This document shows positions 30,811 through 41,114 of a stretch of 64,000 nt of DNA, piece by piece; the first letter of the stretch is position 1; every line of letters starts with the position of its first letter. Both the position numbers and the translations under genes were made by a program. The notes under the pieces are model-generated. The model did no database searches and had not been told where the DNA came from. It worked only from the letters and a program-made list of their open reading frames with translations. The DNA is from an uncultured Acidimicrobiia bacterium (lineage in GTDB: Bacteria > Acidobacteriota > Terriglobia > Versatilivoradales > Versatilivoraceae): positions 224,001 to 288,000 of the forward strand of contig CAWBAT010000005.1 of the NCBI GenBank assembly GCA_963786955.1, read 5' to 3'.

Positions 30811-31480
30811 GAGCCACGTTAAGCGCTTTGTGCGAGACGTGGACTTTTCTAACAGCGCATTTCACCGCAAAGAACGCAAAGGTCACAAAGATAAACAACA
30901 ATAAACCACGGGGAACACGGGGAAAGCTACGATAGCCTCAAATGGACGCAAATGAACGCGGATCAAAACCAGATCACAGATTAAAGGTTGAGGTTAAAAG
31001 TCCAAGGTCTAAGGTCAAAGGTCAGAAAGTCTAAAGCTTAAAGCGAAAGCTAAAAGCAAATATTGCCGCAAAGGAGCGCAAAGGACGCAAAGATATACAA
31101 CAAATTGAACCACGGGGAACACGGGGAAAGCTACGATAGCCGCAAATGGACGCAAATAAACGCGGATCAAAACCAGATCACAGATTAAAGGTTGAGGTTA
31201 GAAGTCCAAGGTCTAAGGTCAAAGGTCGAAAAGTCTAAAGCTTAAAGCGAAAGCTAAAAGCAAATGTTGCCGCAAAGGAGCGCAAAGGACGCAAAGATAA
31301 ACAACAAATTGAACCACGGGGAACACAGGGAAAGCTACGATAGCCGCAAATGGACGCAAATAAACGCGGATCAAAACCAGATCACAGGTTAAAGGGCGAA
31401 GTTAAATGTCCAAAGTCTAAGGTCAAAAGCCCAAAGTCAAGGGACAAGAGTTCGGAGTCCTGAGTCAGGAGCACGGAGTC
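30811..31480. repeat. Modular repeat array A6: ~200-bp unit, about 2.8 tandem copies
   Basis: Units start at 30865, 31066 and 31270 (CCGCAAAG...) and are nearly identical. Confidence 0.92.
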
Positions 31481-31579
31481 ATAATTTGATAATGCCAATT
31501 GAAGCTATTATTTTTGCTTCTGCTGACTGCCTACTGCCTACCGGACTCCGGACTCACTTGGACTCCGAAACTTCGAACT

Positions 31580-33196
31580 TTAAACCTTCAGGTTGCATTT
31601 CTTGACTTCGTCGGCGATGAACGACGCCGTTCGGACTGCGAGCGCCATAATCGTCAGTGTCGGATTTTTTTCAGGATAGGTTGTAAAGGCGCTCCCACCG
31701 ACAACAAACAGATTCTTCACTTCACGAGCCTGGCAATAGGAATTTAAAACTGAAGTTCGTTTGTCTTTGCCCATGCGCACGGTGCCTGCTTCGTGGCTTC
31801 CAAATCCTCCAGGCTCAGACATGGTATTTACAATATGCCTAGCCTTCGCTTCAGTCAGAATTTCCTGGGCCTTGGCTACAATATCTTTCCAAAGTGCGAT
31901 GTCATTTTCACAGAAACGAAAGTGCAATACGGGAATCGGAATCCCATACGCGTCCAAACGAGTGCGATCGACTGTAACCCGATTCTCCGGCCGGGCCAGC
32001 GCTTTTCCCCACCCTCCCATCTGCACGAAGCCTGGCTGCAACTCTCTCACTTCCCTTTTGAAAGACTCCCCAAAGCCCTTGAGGGTCCTGGCTTGATAAG
32101 GAAACATGAAGCCTGCGTAGTTCAGTTGGTAATGGTATCCACCGACGTAATTCTTCTTTTTCTTTTCAAGTTGGTTAAACCGGGGGATATAGGTGTGATC
32201 GGTAGCGCCGTCGTTGTTGACTGACGGTGTCCCGATCAATTTTTCCAGATACCCATTGATCCCCCCCGCGACATTGCCATGAAGATAGCGCCCCACCATA
32301 TCGTTTGAATTGGCCAGCCCATTTGGAAACTGCGGGGAGCGGGAGTTCAGAAGCAATCGGGCGGATTCCGGTGCGCCACAACACACCGCAAAGATCGACG
32401 CTCGAATTTGTTCTTCTTTCTTCGTGACATTGTCAATCACCGAGACGCTCTTGATTTTGCCCTCACCGTCCACAAGCAGTTCCCGAGCGATCTTGTTTTC
32501 CAGCAGAGTAAAGTTGCCGGTCTTCAGCGCCTTTGGAAACATCGCTACCGGCACGCTAAAGATGGCCCCCACATCGCATCCCCGCATGCAGCGTCCACAA
32601 TAGTGGCAGGCTGGACGGCCGTCGTATGGCACGGTGAGAACCGCTTTGCGAGTCGGGATCATTCGAATTCCCATTCGCGTACACGCACGTTCGACAATTT
32701 CTTCGCTGCAACGGGGTTTTAGGGGCGGGAGGAATACCCCGTCCGGAACGATCTCTAAATTCTCCCGTGAACCAGTGACTCCAATCATTTTTTCCACATG
32801 GGAATAACACGGTGCCAATTCCTGGTAGCTGAGTGGCCAGTCCTCTTCAACGCCTTCCAAGCTATATTCGCGGAAATCTCGCTCGGCAAAACGCAAACAG
32901 ACCGCATTCCAGTGAATACTCCGGCCACCCACTGCACGAATGCGATCAACAAGAATATTGTCACTATCTTCATACCGAATGGCTTCCGTCACTTCTTTGG
33001 GGTAGGCAGGAGGAGGAGATCCAGGACGCCGGGTTCCCCGAAAGGGAAGCTCGTAAGGCCAGGCGTGATATTGAAAATCTTCGGGCTGCATGGTGCGTCC
33101 CGCTTCGACGAGTGCCACCTTAGCCCCAGACTCTGCAAGTTCCTTTGACAGGACCCCGCCTGCAGGTCCTGAACCGATGATGCAGACATCAAACAT
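31580..33196 (-). CDS. GMC-family flavoprotein oxidoreductase (large subunit)
   Basis: IIGSGPAGG, GGRSIHW, the Fe-S motif CHYCGRCMRGC, HEAGTVRMG and NPTLTIMAL. Confidence 0.93.
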   Translation of the reverse strand: MFDVCIIGSGPAGGVLSKELAESGAKVALVEAGRTMQPEDFQYHAWPYELPFRGTRRPGSPPPAYPKEVTEAIRYEDSDNILVDRIRAVGGRSIHWNAVCLRFAERDFREYSLEGVEEDWPLSYQELAPCYSHVEKMIGVTGSRENLEIVPDGVFLPPLKPRCSEEIVERACTRMGIRMIPTRKAVLTVPYDGRPACHYCGRCMRGCDVGAIFSVPVAMFPKALKTGNFTLLENKIARELLVDGEGKIKSVSVIDNVTKKEEQIRASIFAVCCGAPESARLLLNSRSPQFPNGLANSNDMVGRYLHGNVAGGINGYLEKLIGTPSVNNDGATDHTYIPRFNQLEKKKKNYVGGYHYQLNYAGFMFPYQARTLKGFGESFKREVRELQPGFVQMGGWGKALARPENRVTVDRTRLDAYGIPIPVLHFRFCENDIALWKDIVAKAQEILTEAKARHIVNTMSEPGGFGSHEAGTVRMGKDKRTSVLNSYCQAREVKNLFVVGGSAFTTYPEKNPTLTIMALAVRTASFIADEVKKCNLKV

Positions 33197-33413
33197 CCGA
33201 TAACCTCCAGATTTCTCAAAGACTCACGCGCTGCCAGCGTAGAAGGTAGAGCGGGCGCTCCTGCGCACGCTCAATGAAAGCGCGTGGGACTACCGTCCCA
33301 CTGCGCACGCTCAAACGCGCGCGTGGGGGAAAGCGGTCCCACGCTCGCGTTCCACCTAAACGGTCAGACCGTCAAAAACACGTGACCGCATCTATGCAAC
33401 AGAGCATTTACTA

Positions 33414-34040
33414 TTAGCGACTCTCTTTGCCCCCACTTGTATGCTTATCGTGAATACAGCCCGGGAATTCGGCTAAGGAAACATTGCCCTGATATTCCAA
33501 ATCCTGATGGATGCCAACTTCCGAAAGGTAGTAGCCATCTATTGTGGACTGTTTCAGGGCCACGAAAAATCGTTCTTCCAGTGTCTCAGGGTGTTCTTCT
33601 CTTTGACCGATTTTGGTTAGCACGTCAAGCTGTTGTTCGGCATTGCACAGGAGAAATTCTTTACCACTCGCACGTTTGGACAGCTCGTCCAGGGCCGCCA
33701 GTCCCTCAGTCCAGAGCTGCTGGGTCGCTTCCTCTGAAACGGCAACGATTTCATCGATGAATTGATCAACGCCCGCCGCCTTTGCGCCCGGAGAATGTTG
33801 GTCTCGAGGAATGATCATTTCGGCGAGTGCTGCAATGGTGTCCAGCTGGTGTTTATTGAAAATTGTAGCCGATGGTGTTTTCAGAACTGAGGCCAGCTTG
33901 GCCGGACTATGGAGATGGGATACGCAAGCGGGAGTGGCGCCCAGAAGAACGCGACCCTGCATCGCATAATAAGTTGACCCCGCGATGAAGGACAGCATGC
34001 TCCGGCGGGAGATCTTGTTCCCTTTTCGATGGTCCTGCAC
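33414..34040 (-). CDS. Gluconate 2-dehydrogenase subunit 3-family protein (Tat signal)
   Basis: SRRSML twin-arginine motif, IIP.D..PGA..AGVDQFID and GYYLSEVG; adjacent to the GMC gene. Confidence 0.88.
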   Translation of the reverse strand: MQDHRKGNKISRRSMLSFIAGSTYYAMQGRVLLGATPACVSHLHSPAKLASVLKTPSATIFNKHQLDTIAALAEMIIPRDQHSPGAKAAGVDQFIDEIVAVSEEATQQLWTEGLAALDELSKRASGKEFLLCNAEQQLDVLTKIGQREEHPETLEERFFVALKQSTIDGYYLSEVGIHQDLEYQGNVSLAEFPGCIHDKHTSGGKESR

Positions 34041-34067
34041 GACCTTTGTCTCCTATAGGCGTAGTCT

Positions 34068-34129
34068 GAGGTTGTAGCCGGCCTCGCTGAGGCCGGCACC
34101 TATCCGGGGCCAGCGGCCCCGGCTACAAC
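34068..34129. repeat. GTAG-type REP doublet
   Basis: GTTGTAGCCGGCCTCGCTGAGGCCGG...CCGGGGCCAGCGGCCCCGGCTACAAC; a second copy lies at 43114-43175. Confidence 0.8.
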
Positions 34130-34312
34130 AATAGATTACTTCAATATAACAAAGTACATAGTCGCCTGTCGTTACCAATCAGGCGTCGTGCGCCGTGCGG
34201 CGTACTTCCACCCTCCACTTAATACCACCCACCCCTATAGCCTAAAGGCTCCCTCCCCTCCGGAGGGGAATAGAAAGGGTCATCCATGATTAGTAAGACA
34301 CCTTCTTACTGA

Positions 34313-34342
34313 TTGGCAGGGAATGGTCAGATCGTATAAAAT
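34313..34342 (+). promoter_or_regulatory. Possible sigma70 promoter of the desaturase gene
   Basis: TTGGCA followed after 16-18 nt by TATAAA/TAAAAT, about 60 bp upstream of ATG 34405. Confidence 0.3.
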
Positions 34343-34404
34343 AAGAGAAGTACTAGTTAGGTTTTTTATCCACTAACACTGCTTCACGAGAAACTCTCCA
34401 CCGC

Positions 34405-35427
34405 ATGTATAAAGCTGGAACCCGCCTCGAAGTCATGCGCCACCTCGATCCCTTCATCGCGGAACAACTCCCCATCCTTTTGCGTGATCCTGAGCATAAC
34501 TGGCAACCCATGGATTTCAGCCCCGACCTGAGCACAGAAGAGGGTTTTGAAGAGTTGCGGAGGCTGCAGGCGGAGGCGCGGGCGATTTCAGACGATGCGA
34601 TGACGGTACTGGTGGGCGATATGATTACGGAGGAGGCACTTCCCACCTATGCCTCCTGGATCAGCACGATCGAGGGGGCCGGCGTGCAGGGCGAACCCGA
34701 AACAGCATGGGGTGCGTGGAACCGCGGATGGTGCGGTGAAGAGAACCGTCATGGCGACATTCTCAACCGCTACCTCTATCTTAGCGGCCGGGTGAATATG
34801 AAAGAGGTCGAACTGACCGTCCAGCATCTCATCAGGGACGGTGGCGACACGCAGACCGAGAACGACCCGTATAAGACCTTCATCTACACGAGCTTTCAGG
34901 AAATTGCCACGCGCATTTCACATTTAAACGTAGGCAATATTGCCCTGCAATCGGGCGCGACTCGTCTATCTAATATTTCCCGGAAGGTGGCGGGGGACGA
35001 GAACCGCCACGCTCGGGCGTACAAACTGTTCATCTCGAAGATTCTGGATGTAGACACCAGCGAAGCGGTGATTGCCTTCCAGGAAATGATGAAGAAAAAG
35101 ATTATCATGCCAGCCATGTACATGCGCGAACGCGGCAAGCAAGTGGGCGAGACCTTCAAGAAGTTTGAGATAATTGCGAACCGCTCTGGCGTCTACACGC
35201 CCTGGCATTACGTCGAGATCATTGAGAATCTCGTCGAAGACTGGGACATCCAGCACCGCACGGGCCTTACCCCCGCTGCAGAGAAGGCGCAAGAGTATCT
35301 CTGCACGCTTGCCGATCGTTACAAGAAGCTCATCGAGCGGATGAAGCAGCCCACGGAAGTGGAAGCAGTCCAGTTCAGTTGGATTTCCCCCGCCCAGATT
35401 AAGGGCACTGCCACGGTCAGCATGTGA
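34405..35427 (+). CDS. Acyl-ACP desaturase (soluble di-iron, FA_desaturase_2)
   Basis: WQPMDF, DMITEEALPTY, W..EENRHG, YTSFQE.AT.ISH, DENRH and IIMPA motifs. Confidence 0.93.
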   Translation: MYKAGTRLEVMRHLDPFIAEQLPILLRDPEHNWQPMDFSPDLSTEEGFEELRRLQAEARAISDDAMTVLVGDMITEEALPTYASWISTIEGAGVQGEPETAWGAWNRGWCGEENRHGDILNRYLYLSGRVNMKEVELTVQHLIRDGGDTQTENDPYKTFIYTSFQEIATRISHLNVGNIALQSGATRLSNISRKVAGDENRHARAYKLFISKILDVDTSEAVIAFQEMMKKKIIMPAMYMRERGKQVGETFKKFEIIANRSGVYTPWHYVEIIENLVEDWDIQHRTGLTPAAEKAQEYLCTLADRYKKLIERMKQPTEVEAVQFSWISPAQIKGTATVSM

Positions 35428-35849
35428 GAATCATCTCCTTCGCAGGTTTGAGTCTATTAAGCGTCGCAGAGCTTCGCCTTCCAATAAACCTGTTGTCACA
35501 AAGCGGGAGTATTAGAGAGTCAATTGGCGACAGGAAAGGATCCGCTCAGGATTCCCTGTTGCTAGAAACGGCGTTAGCTCTCTACTGGCCCACGCGGAGA
35601 ATTTAATTTCGGCCGGCCTTAAAGACAGCTCGGAGTTGGGTGGAATCCCCTGCAAAGTAGAATTAGCCTGCCAATTGGTTGGGGTTGAAGTCTGGTGACG
35701 TGGGATCGGCGGCCACCCGTTTCAGTATCGAGGGACCCGTCTCGGGAACCATTTCCATATTCTGGCTGAGGAGTTCACTAAAACCCAAAGTGTAGATTCA
35801 AATCTTGGTGGGTCTCGAGGTGTCCCCTCCGAGCAAGGGAGTTGTTACA

Positions 35850-38258
35850 ATGTCGAGCGAACATTTCTTTTCCGAATTGAACTACACCGTTCCGGTGGAT
35901 CGGCTCAATGAGGGCCATTCCTATGGCAATAGCCATATATATTTGTCCCTTGATCATAAGACTGATGTAAAGAGCGATCAGAGTACGGTCCGGTATGGCG
36001 TAAGAGAATCTCTCAATCAGCAATACTACCTATTGGGTTGGGAAGTTAGCCTACAGTCATCGGACGGAAAGGTATTTTCCCCTATCAGCACTACCTTCGC
36101 TCCCGTATATCAGGAAACACAGATCCAGATGGCGGATGTCACCATCAGCAAGAAGGTCTTTGTTCCCTTCGAAAATAACTACCTGCGCTCAGTCCATTAT
36201 CTGCTGGATTCAAACGGGGTCGCTCTTCATCTTCTCATCAAGTCGCGTGCGTTCTTTCCCGCAACAGCGAGGGTAAACGAGGGGAGTTATCGGGGACATC
36301 GTCATTTGATCGTAAGGTACGGAGATGGAGGCAAAGCCGTCCTCTGGGGAAGCGGGAACCTCCTATCCTTTAGTGTTAAGGAAGTGCAACAAAAGATAGA
36401 AGTCCTCGCCGAGTTTGCTTGGGAGTCCAGTATCAATAGCCCTGAATATAGTCTCTCCTTCTCCCATGCAGCAGGGGTTTATGGCACTTCAGCAAGTTCG
36501 CTCAGTTCTCTTTCCAATGACTCGGCAACACTTCCTACTGGCAGCGATATGTCATCAGTTGAAATTGCACCACTCAATGCCGTTGTTGACATCTTTAGCC
36601 GTGACGATCCCAGCTATAAAAGCACCATTACTCGTGTCCAACTCCTTGAACAGGAAACACTGTCGGCCATGAACCGGTATCTCAATTTGGGCCGGTTGTT
36701 GACTCCCGACCGCTTGCTCAATCGCGCCGTGCAATGGGCAAAGATAAACCAGCTACGCGATCAGCAGGAATACAAGTGGGGATCGGGCTTTAGTAACAGT
36801 CCTCCATCCGATACGGTAGTTGGCAGAGATTCGGTCTGGTACTTGATGGGCAGCAGTTATTACGCCCAACCGTGGTCTAGAAGACTTTTGGACCTTTGGT
36901 TTACCAAAGGCCTGGATGTCAATGGCAAATTTACCGAATATATGTCGGCCTCTCGTGATCCCTTCTTCAAAGACGATTATGGATTGAACATCAACGATAG
37001 CACCCCATTGTTCATGATTGCGGCCTATCATTATTATTCGCTTACGAAAGACCGTGATTTTCTTCAAAGGGTATATCCTTCGCTTCTCAACTCGGCGAAT
37101 CTAATCCTGGACCAGAGAAAGGTAGGAACGAACAACAAATACAATCTGGTATGGTGCACGTCCACCGAAACTTTTATACGGGGTCTATGCGGATGGCGCA
37201 ACGCGATCCGGGATTACAATCTTTCCGGCGCCGTCACAGAGATCAATGTGGAATGCCATTGCGCTTTGAAGAAGACCGCCGAACTGGCCAAAGAAGTCGG
37301 TGACCAACTGAACCAGGAAAGGCTAGAAACAGCGGCCGAAGATCTGCGAGGAGCAATCGAAAGGCATCTGCGTTCTTCCACAAAGAAGAATCCTTTTTAT
37401 TACTTGAACATTGCCCCCACGGGAAAACCCGTAGACGATCTCACCGCCGATCTCCTTTTTCCGGTGTTGTTTGAGTTGACGGATTCCGAAACTGCAAAGG
37501 CGATCCTCGAGACTTTATTCAGTGATCAATTCTGGATAAGCTCAGACAATGGCGGTGGTGGGGTGCGCACTGTGAGCTCCAAAGAGGAGAAATATACTCC
37601 GAGGGCTGACCCTGATACCTACGGCCTCATGGGAGGTGTATGGCCCAATGTTGCCTTATGGGTCGCCCGTGCGTCCGCCGCTCAAGGTTTTCCAGATCTG
37701 GCATTGAAGGCTCTGCGAAGCACCTATCTGCTTTCCGAGAGAGACGACCCTGCCCGATACAATGTAATGCCCGGCCAGCTTCCCGAGTACTTCAACGGAG
37801 ATGACCTCGTGCAGAGAGGCCAACCTCGGAGTACGTTTCTATTTGGAATCTTCATTTGGGCAGCGCTAGAGAGCTTCCTGGGGCTCAAACCCTCCCCTGC
37901 CGGTCTCGAAGTCGCGCCTCAATTTCCCGAAGGCTGGGAATGGATAGCCGTTTCAAACCTGCCTCACAACGGCTACCCTGCGTCTATGATCGCAGTGCGC
38001 AATGAAAAGACAATCTATTCAACGATGAAAATTCGTTCAGGATGGAAACAGGTCACGGCACCTCAGATGCTTCAAGAGAAATATGCGCTTCGATCTGAAG
38101 GGCAGCCGTTCTGGATGGTAGTCCCAAATGGTGACGCCTATGAAGTATTGGCCGTATCTTCAGAGAAAACAACTAGCCAGCTGATTGAGGTTAGAAGCGG
38201 TCGCGTGGTGACTGAATTAGCAATACCAGAGAACAGGTTGGTAAGAAAAATGCTGTAA
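35850..38258 (+). CDS. Putative (alpha/alpha)6-barrel glycoside hydrolase (amylo-alpha-1,6-glucosidase/GH63-like)
   Basis: GRDSVW, DSTPLF, GGVWPN and QLPEYFNG motifs. ATG 35850 follows AAGGGAG. Confidence 0.7.
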   Translation: MSSEHFFSELNYTVPVDRLNEGHSYGNSHIYLSLDHKTDVKSDQSTVRYGVRESLNQQYYLLGWEVSLQSSDGKVFSPISTTFAPVYQETQIQMADVTISKKVFVPFENNYLRSVHYLLDSNGVALHLLIKSRAFFPATARVNEGSYRGHRHLIVRYGDGGKAVLWGSGNLLSFSVKEVQQKIEVLAEFAWESSINSPEYSLSFSHAAGVYGTSASSLSSLSNDSATLPTGSDMSSVEIAPLNAVVDIFSRDDPSYKSTITRVQLLEQETLSAMNRYLNLGRLLTPDRLLNRAVQWAKINQLRDQQEYKWGSGFSNSPPSDTVVGRDSVWYLMGSSYYAQPWSRRLLDLWFTKGLDVNGKFTEYMSASRDPFFKDDYGLNINDSTPLFMIAAYHYYSLTKDRDFLQRVYPSLLNSANLILDQRKVGTNNKYNLVWCTSTETFIRGLCGWRNAIRDYNLSGAVTEINVECHCALKKTAELAKEVGDQLNQERLETAAEDLRGAIERHLRSSTKKNPFYYLNIAPTGKPVDDLTADLLFPVLFELTDSETAKAILETLFSDQFWISSDNGGGGVRTVSSKEEKYTPRADPDTYGLMGGVWPNVALWVARASAAQGFPDLALKALRSTYLLSERDDPARYNVMPGQLPEYFNGDDLVQRGQPRSTFLFGIFIWAALESFLGLKPSPAGLEVAPQFPEGWEWIAVSNLPHNGYPASMIAVRNEKTIYSTMKIRSGWKQVTAPQMLQEKYALRSEGQPFWMVVPNGDAYEVLAVSSEKTTSQLIEVRSGRVVTELAIPENRLVRKML

Positions 38259-38423
38259 TTCTCCCACGCGCGATTTGTCGTTGAAAGGGGTCAGCGTTGA
38301 AGGGAATAAGTTGAAGAGGGCAGAATCGACAGTAGACAATAGAGCGGTGGCTGCCTGCTGGACGAGTCGTTCTATTTTCCTGTCCCAGTAACTAAGCGTC
38401 GCAGAGCTCCGCCCTCCAGACGC

Positions 38424-40919
38424 CTATTTCTCTACGACGACTTCCAATTGAGCATGCCGGTCAGGTACTTTGATCCAAACGATTTTCTCCTCCGCGTCGT
38501 AGGCAGCCCCTTCCGAAACATCCTTTAATGCAACGGACGAAGAGCGAATTTCCAAGGTTCGGTTTTCTGCCTTCACTAAGTGAGGAACAGATCTTTGCCC
38601 GTGGATTTTGAAGACCAGTGCGCGTGCTGCCGGACTGTAGCCGCCGGTAATCGGTAAGACGTTAAGGGTCAGTTTGCTTACCTGGTCAGAAACACTGATT
38701 CGCTCAAGTAGAAATTTCCCTTTTTCAAAGTCAAAACTAATCCCGTCGTCCTCATAATAGTCGCGGGATGAGTTACCTCCTGGAAAGATCTCATAGGTCA
38801 ATGGATTGATGGGCGCCTGGTCGACGTATTGAACGACTTGTCGTGTTGGGACGACCGCACCGCTCCGAACAAATATCGGAATATGATCTAAAGGCGCTTC
38901 CACCGTAATCTGGACCGGCCCTGAGTAAAGCTTGTCAGACCAGTGATCGTACCATTCACCCTTGGGTAAATAGACTTTTCGCTGCACCTCGCCTTCAATG
39001 ACCACGGGGGCCACCAGGAGATCTTCCCCGAATAGGAATTCGTAGTTTTGGCCAGCTGGGGTCATATCCATCGCAGTCGCATCATCCGGATAATCCAACA
39101 GCAGGGGTCTCATAATGGGAAGGCCCGTCTGGGTCGCCTGGTAAAAAGAGTTGTAAAGGTAAGGGAGTAATCGATAGCGAAGTTCAATCGTCCGACGATT
39201 GATTTCCTCGTACTTCAGACCAAATGACCAAGGATCCAGTGTGCGCTTGGGATCGTAGCTGTGGGTCCACATGAACGGGTGGAAGACCCCGGCCTCGAGC
39301 CAACGGGTGTAAAGTTCGGCCGTCGGATAGCCCGCAAACCCGCCGATATCAGAACCTGTAAAAGGCATCCCCGAAAGTCCCATACTCATGACGACGCGCA
39401 GGCTGGCCCGCAGGCATTCCCAGGTCGAAAGGTTATCGCCCGTCCACTGGGCGGCATAGCGTTGTCCTCCTGCATAGGTGGCACGGGTAATCACAAAAGG
39501 CCTCTCCCCGGGCCGGAATCGCAGGAAACCTTCACGGGTCGCGGCAGACATCAACATCCCGTAAATATTATGATTCTTGGCATAAGGACTGTGCAAATCG
39601 TGATCCTGGAAAAGGATATTGGGATCCAGTGAACCCGGGATCCATCCTTTCTCCAGAGGAATCTGATCGATGGTGGGTTCATTCATGTCGGTCAGGATGC
39701 CGGCGATCCCGTCTTTGACATCGTTCTCCATAAGTGAGGCCCACCAGGAGCGCGTCTTTTCGGCAGTGAAATCCGGGAACACTGAATTCCCCGGCCAAAT
39801 AATGCCAATATAGAGGTTCCCGTCTTTTTTTCTGAGGAAGTGGTTACCCGGTAGACCATCCTTATAGACCCAGTAATTCTCGTCCGCTTTCAGGCCGGGA
39901 TCGACAATCTCGATAGAACGGAAACCCTGCTGCCGCAGGTCCGTCATGAGCTGCCGTGGGTTGGGGAATTTCGATTTGTCCCAGGTAAAGCTGAGATTGC
40001 TGTCCATGTGGCTGTTATCAAAGAAGACGGCATCACACGGGATATGCCTATAACGGAAGTTGGTCGTGACGAACCGCATGGTGCTTTCGGGGGCATAGAA
40101 TGCACTGCTCTGCACATAGCCAATGGACCAAAGTGGGGGAAGAAAGGTCCGCCCCACCAATTGCGTAAATCGGCCCAATACAGCCTTCGGGTCCGGGCCG
40201 GCAAAGAAGTAATAATTCATCTCGCCGCCTTCCGCCCCAAAGGAGTAGTACGATTCAGACTCCGCTCCCAAATCAAAAGACGACCGATAGGTATTATCAA
40301 AAAAGATCCCATAGGCTTTACCGGCCCGAACTCCGATGAAAAAAGGAACGGTCTGATACATCGGATCAGTGAGCGCATCGTAGCCGGCTGGGTCGGTATT
40401 CCACATGACGTAGGAATGACCGCGTTTGTCCAGCGGCCCGGCCTTCTCTCCGAGTCCGTAATAGTGCTCATCCGGCGGCAGCCATTTCCAGCAGCGAACG
40501 CGTTCCCCTTCCCAGGCCATCTCTCGGGCATCTTCTGAGATCAGCCTGCCTCCCAAGTCGTAAAAGGCCAATTGGAAGGGCGAAAGCCGAACTCGCAACT
40601 CAAGAGCAGTGGTCCTGATTACCTTCATCTGGCTGTCACCAGAGAATTGAATCGGAAATTGCGGCCAGTCCGTCTTCACCACGGCCCAGGAGTAATCCGG
40701 CCCAATCGTTGCCCCTGGAATCATCCTGACCCGAATTAGGTCAGGCGCCAGCAAGGTGATGACAACATTGGCCTCCGGACTGTTGAAGCGGATTTGGTTC
40801 CCCATAGAGACGCTCGGAACCATGGTTCCAACCCCTCGCCACTCTGCCCTCACGGAACCGGCCAGAAAAAGCAAAACAAACAACAAACTCAATTTCTTAA
40901 TGACAGAGAGCCTTGGCAT
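38424..40919 (-). CDS. Glycoside hydrolase family 31 (secreted)
   Basis: Signal peptide, YYGLGE, DMNEP nucleophile motif, WTGDN, GSDIGGF, GLPIMRPL and YYEDDG. ATG 40919 follows GGGAGGG. Confidence 0.93.
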   Translation of the reverse strand: MPRLSVIKKLSLLFVLLFLAGSVRAEWRGVGTMVPSVSMGNQIRFNSPEANVVITLLAPDLIRVRMIPGATIGPDYSWAVVKTDWPQFPIQFSGDSQMKVIRTTALELRVRLSPFQLAFYDLGGRLISEDAREMAWEGERVRCWKWLPPDEHYYGLGEKAGPLDKRGHSYVMWNTDPAGYDALTDPMYQTVPFFIGVRAGKAYGIFFDNTYRSSFDLGAESESYYSFGAEGGEMNYYFFAGPDPKAVLGRFTQLVGRTFLPPLWSIGYVQSSAFYAPESTMRFVTTNFRYRHIPCDAVFFDNSHMDSNLSFTWDKSKFPNPRQLMTDLRQQGFRSIEIVDPGLKADENYWVYKDGLPGNHFLRKKDGNLYIGIIWPGNSVFPDFTAEKTRSWWASLMENDVKDGIAGILTDMNEPTIDQIPLEKGWIPGSLDPNILFQDHDLHSPYAKNHNIYGMLMSAATREGFLRFRPGERPFVITRATYAGGQRYAAQWTGDNLSTWECLRASLRVVMSMGLSGMPFTGSDIGGFAGYPTAELYTRWLEAGVFHPFMWTHSYDPKRTLDPWSFGLKYEEINRRTIELRYRLLPYLYNSFYQATQTGLPIMRPLLLDYPDDATAMDMTPAGQNYEFLFGEDLLVAPVVIEGEVQRKVYLPKGEWYDHWSDKLYSGPVQITVEAPLDHIPIFVRSGAVVPTRQVVQYVDQAPINPLTYEIFPGGNSSRDYYEDDGISFDFEKGKFLLERISVSDQVSKLTLNVLPITGGYSPAARALVFKIHGQRSVPHLVKAENRTLEIRSSSVALKDVSEGAAYDAEEKIVWIKVPDRHAQLEVVVEK

Positions 40920-41114
40920 CTTTCCCTCCCAGCTGTTTGTTGGTCTTCCAAACGAATGTCCGGAGAAGAAAACGAAAAGGTGTGGAATTGACAATCATCA
41001 CTCTTCGTGACTATCGTAGATATTGAAGGATGCAATCCTTATTCCAACCAATGCATCTGAGTAGGGACCGGCCGGGAGGCCTGTCCCTACCAACTAGGCG
41101 ACTTCCGCCTGCGT

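Noticed and set aside
30811-31480. CRISPR array
   Set aside because: Whole ~200-bp units repeat, there are no unique spacers between constant repeats, and no cas genes are in the window.
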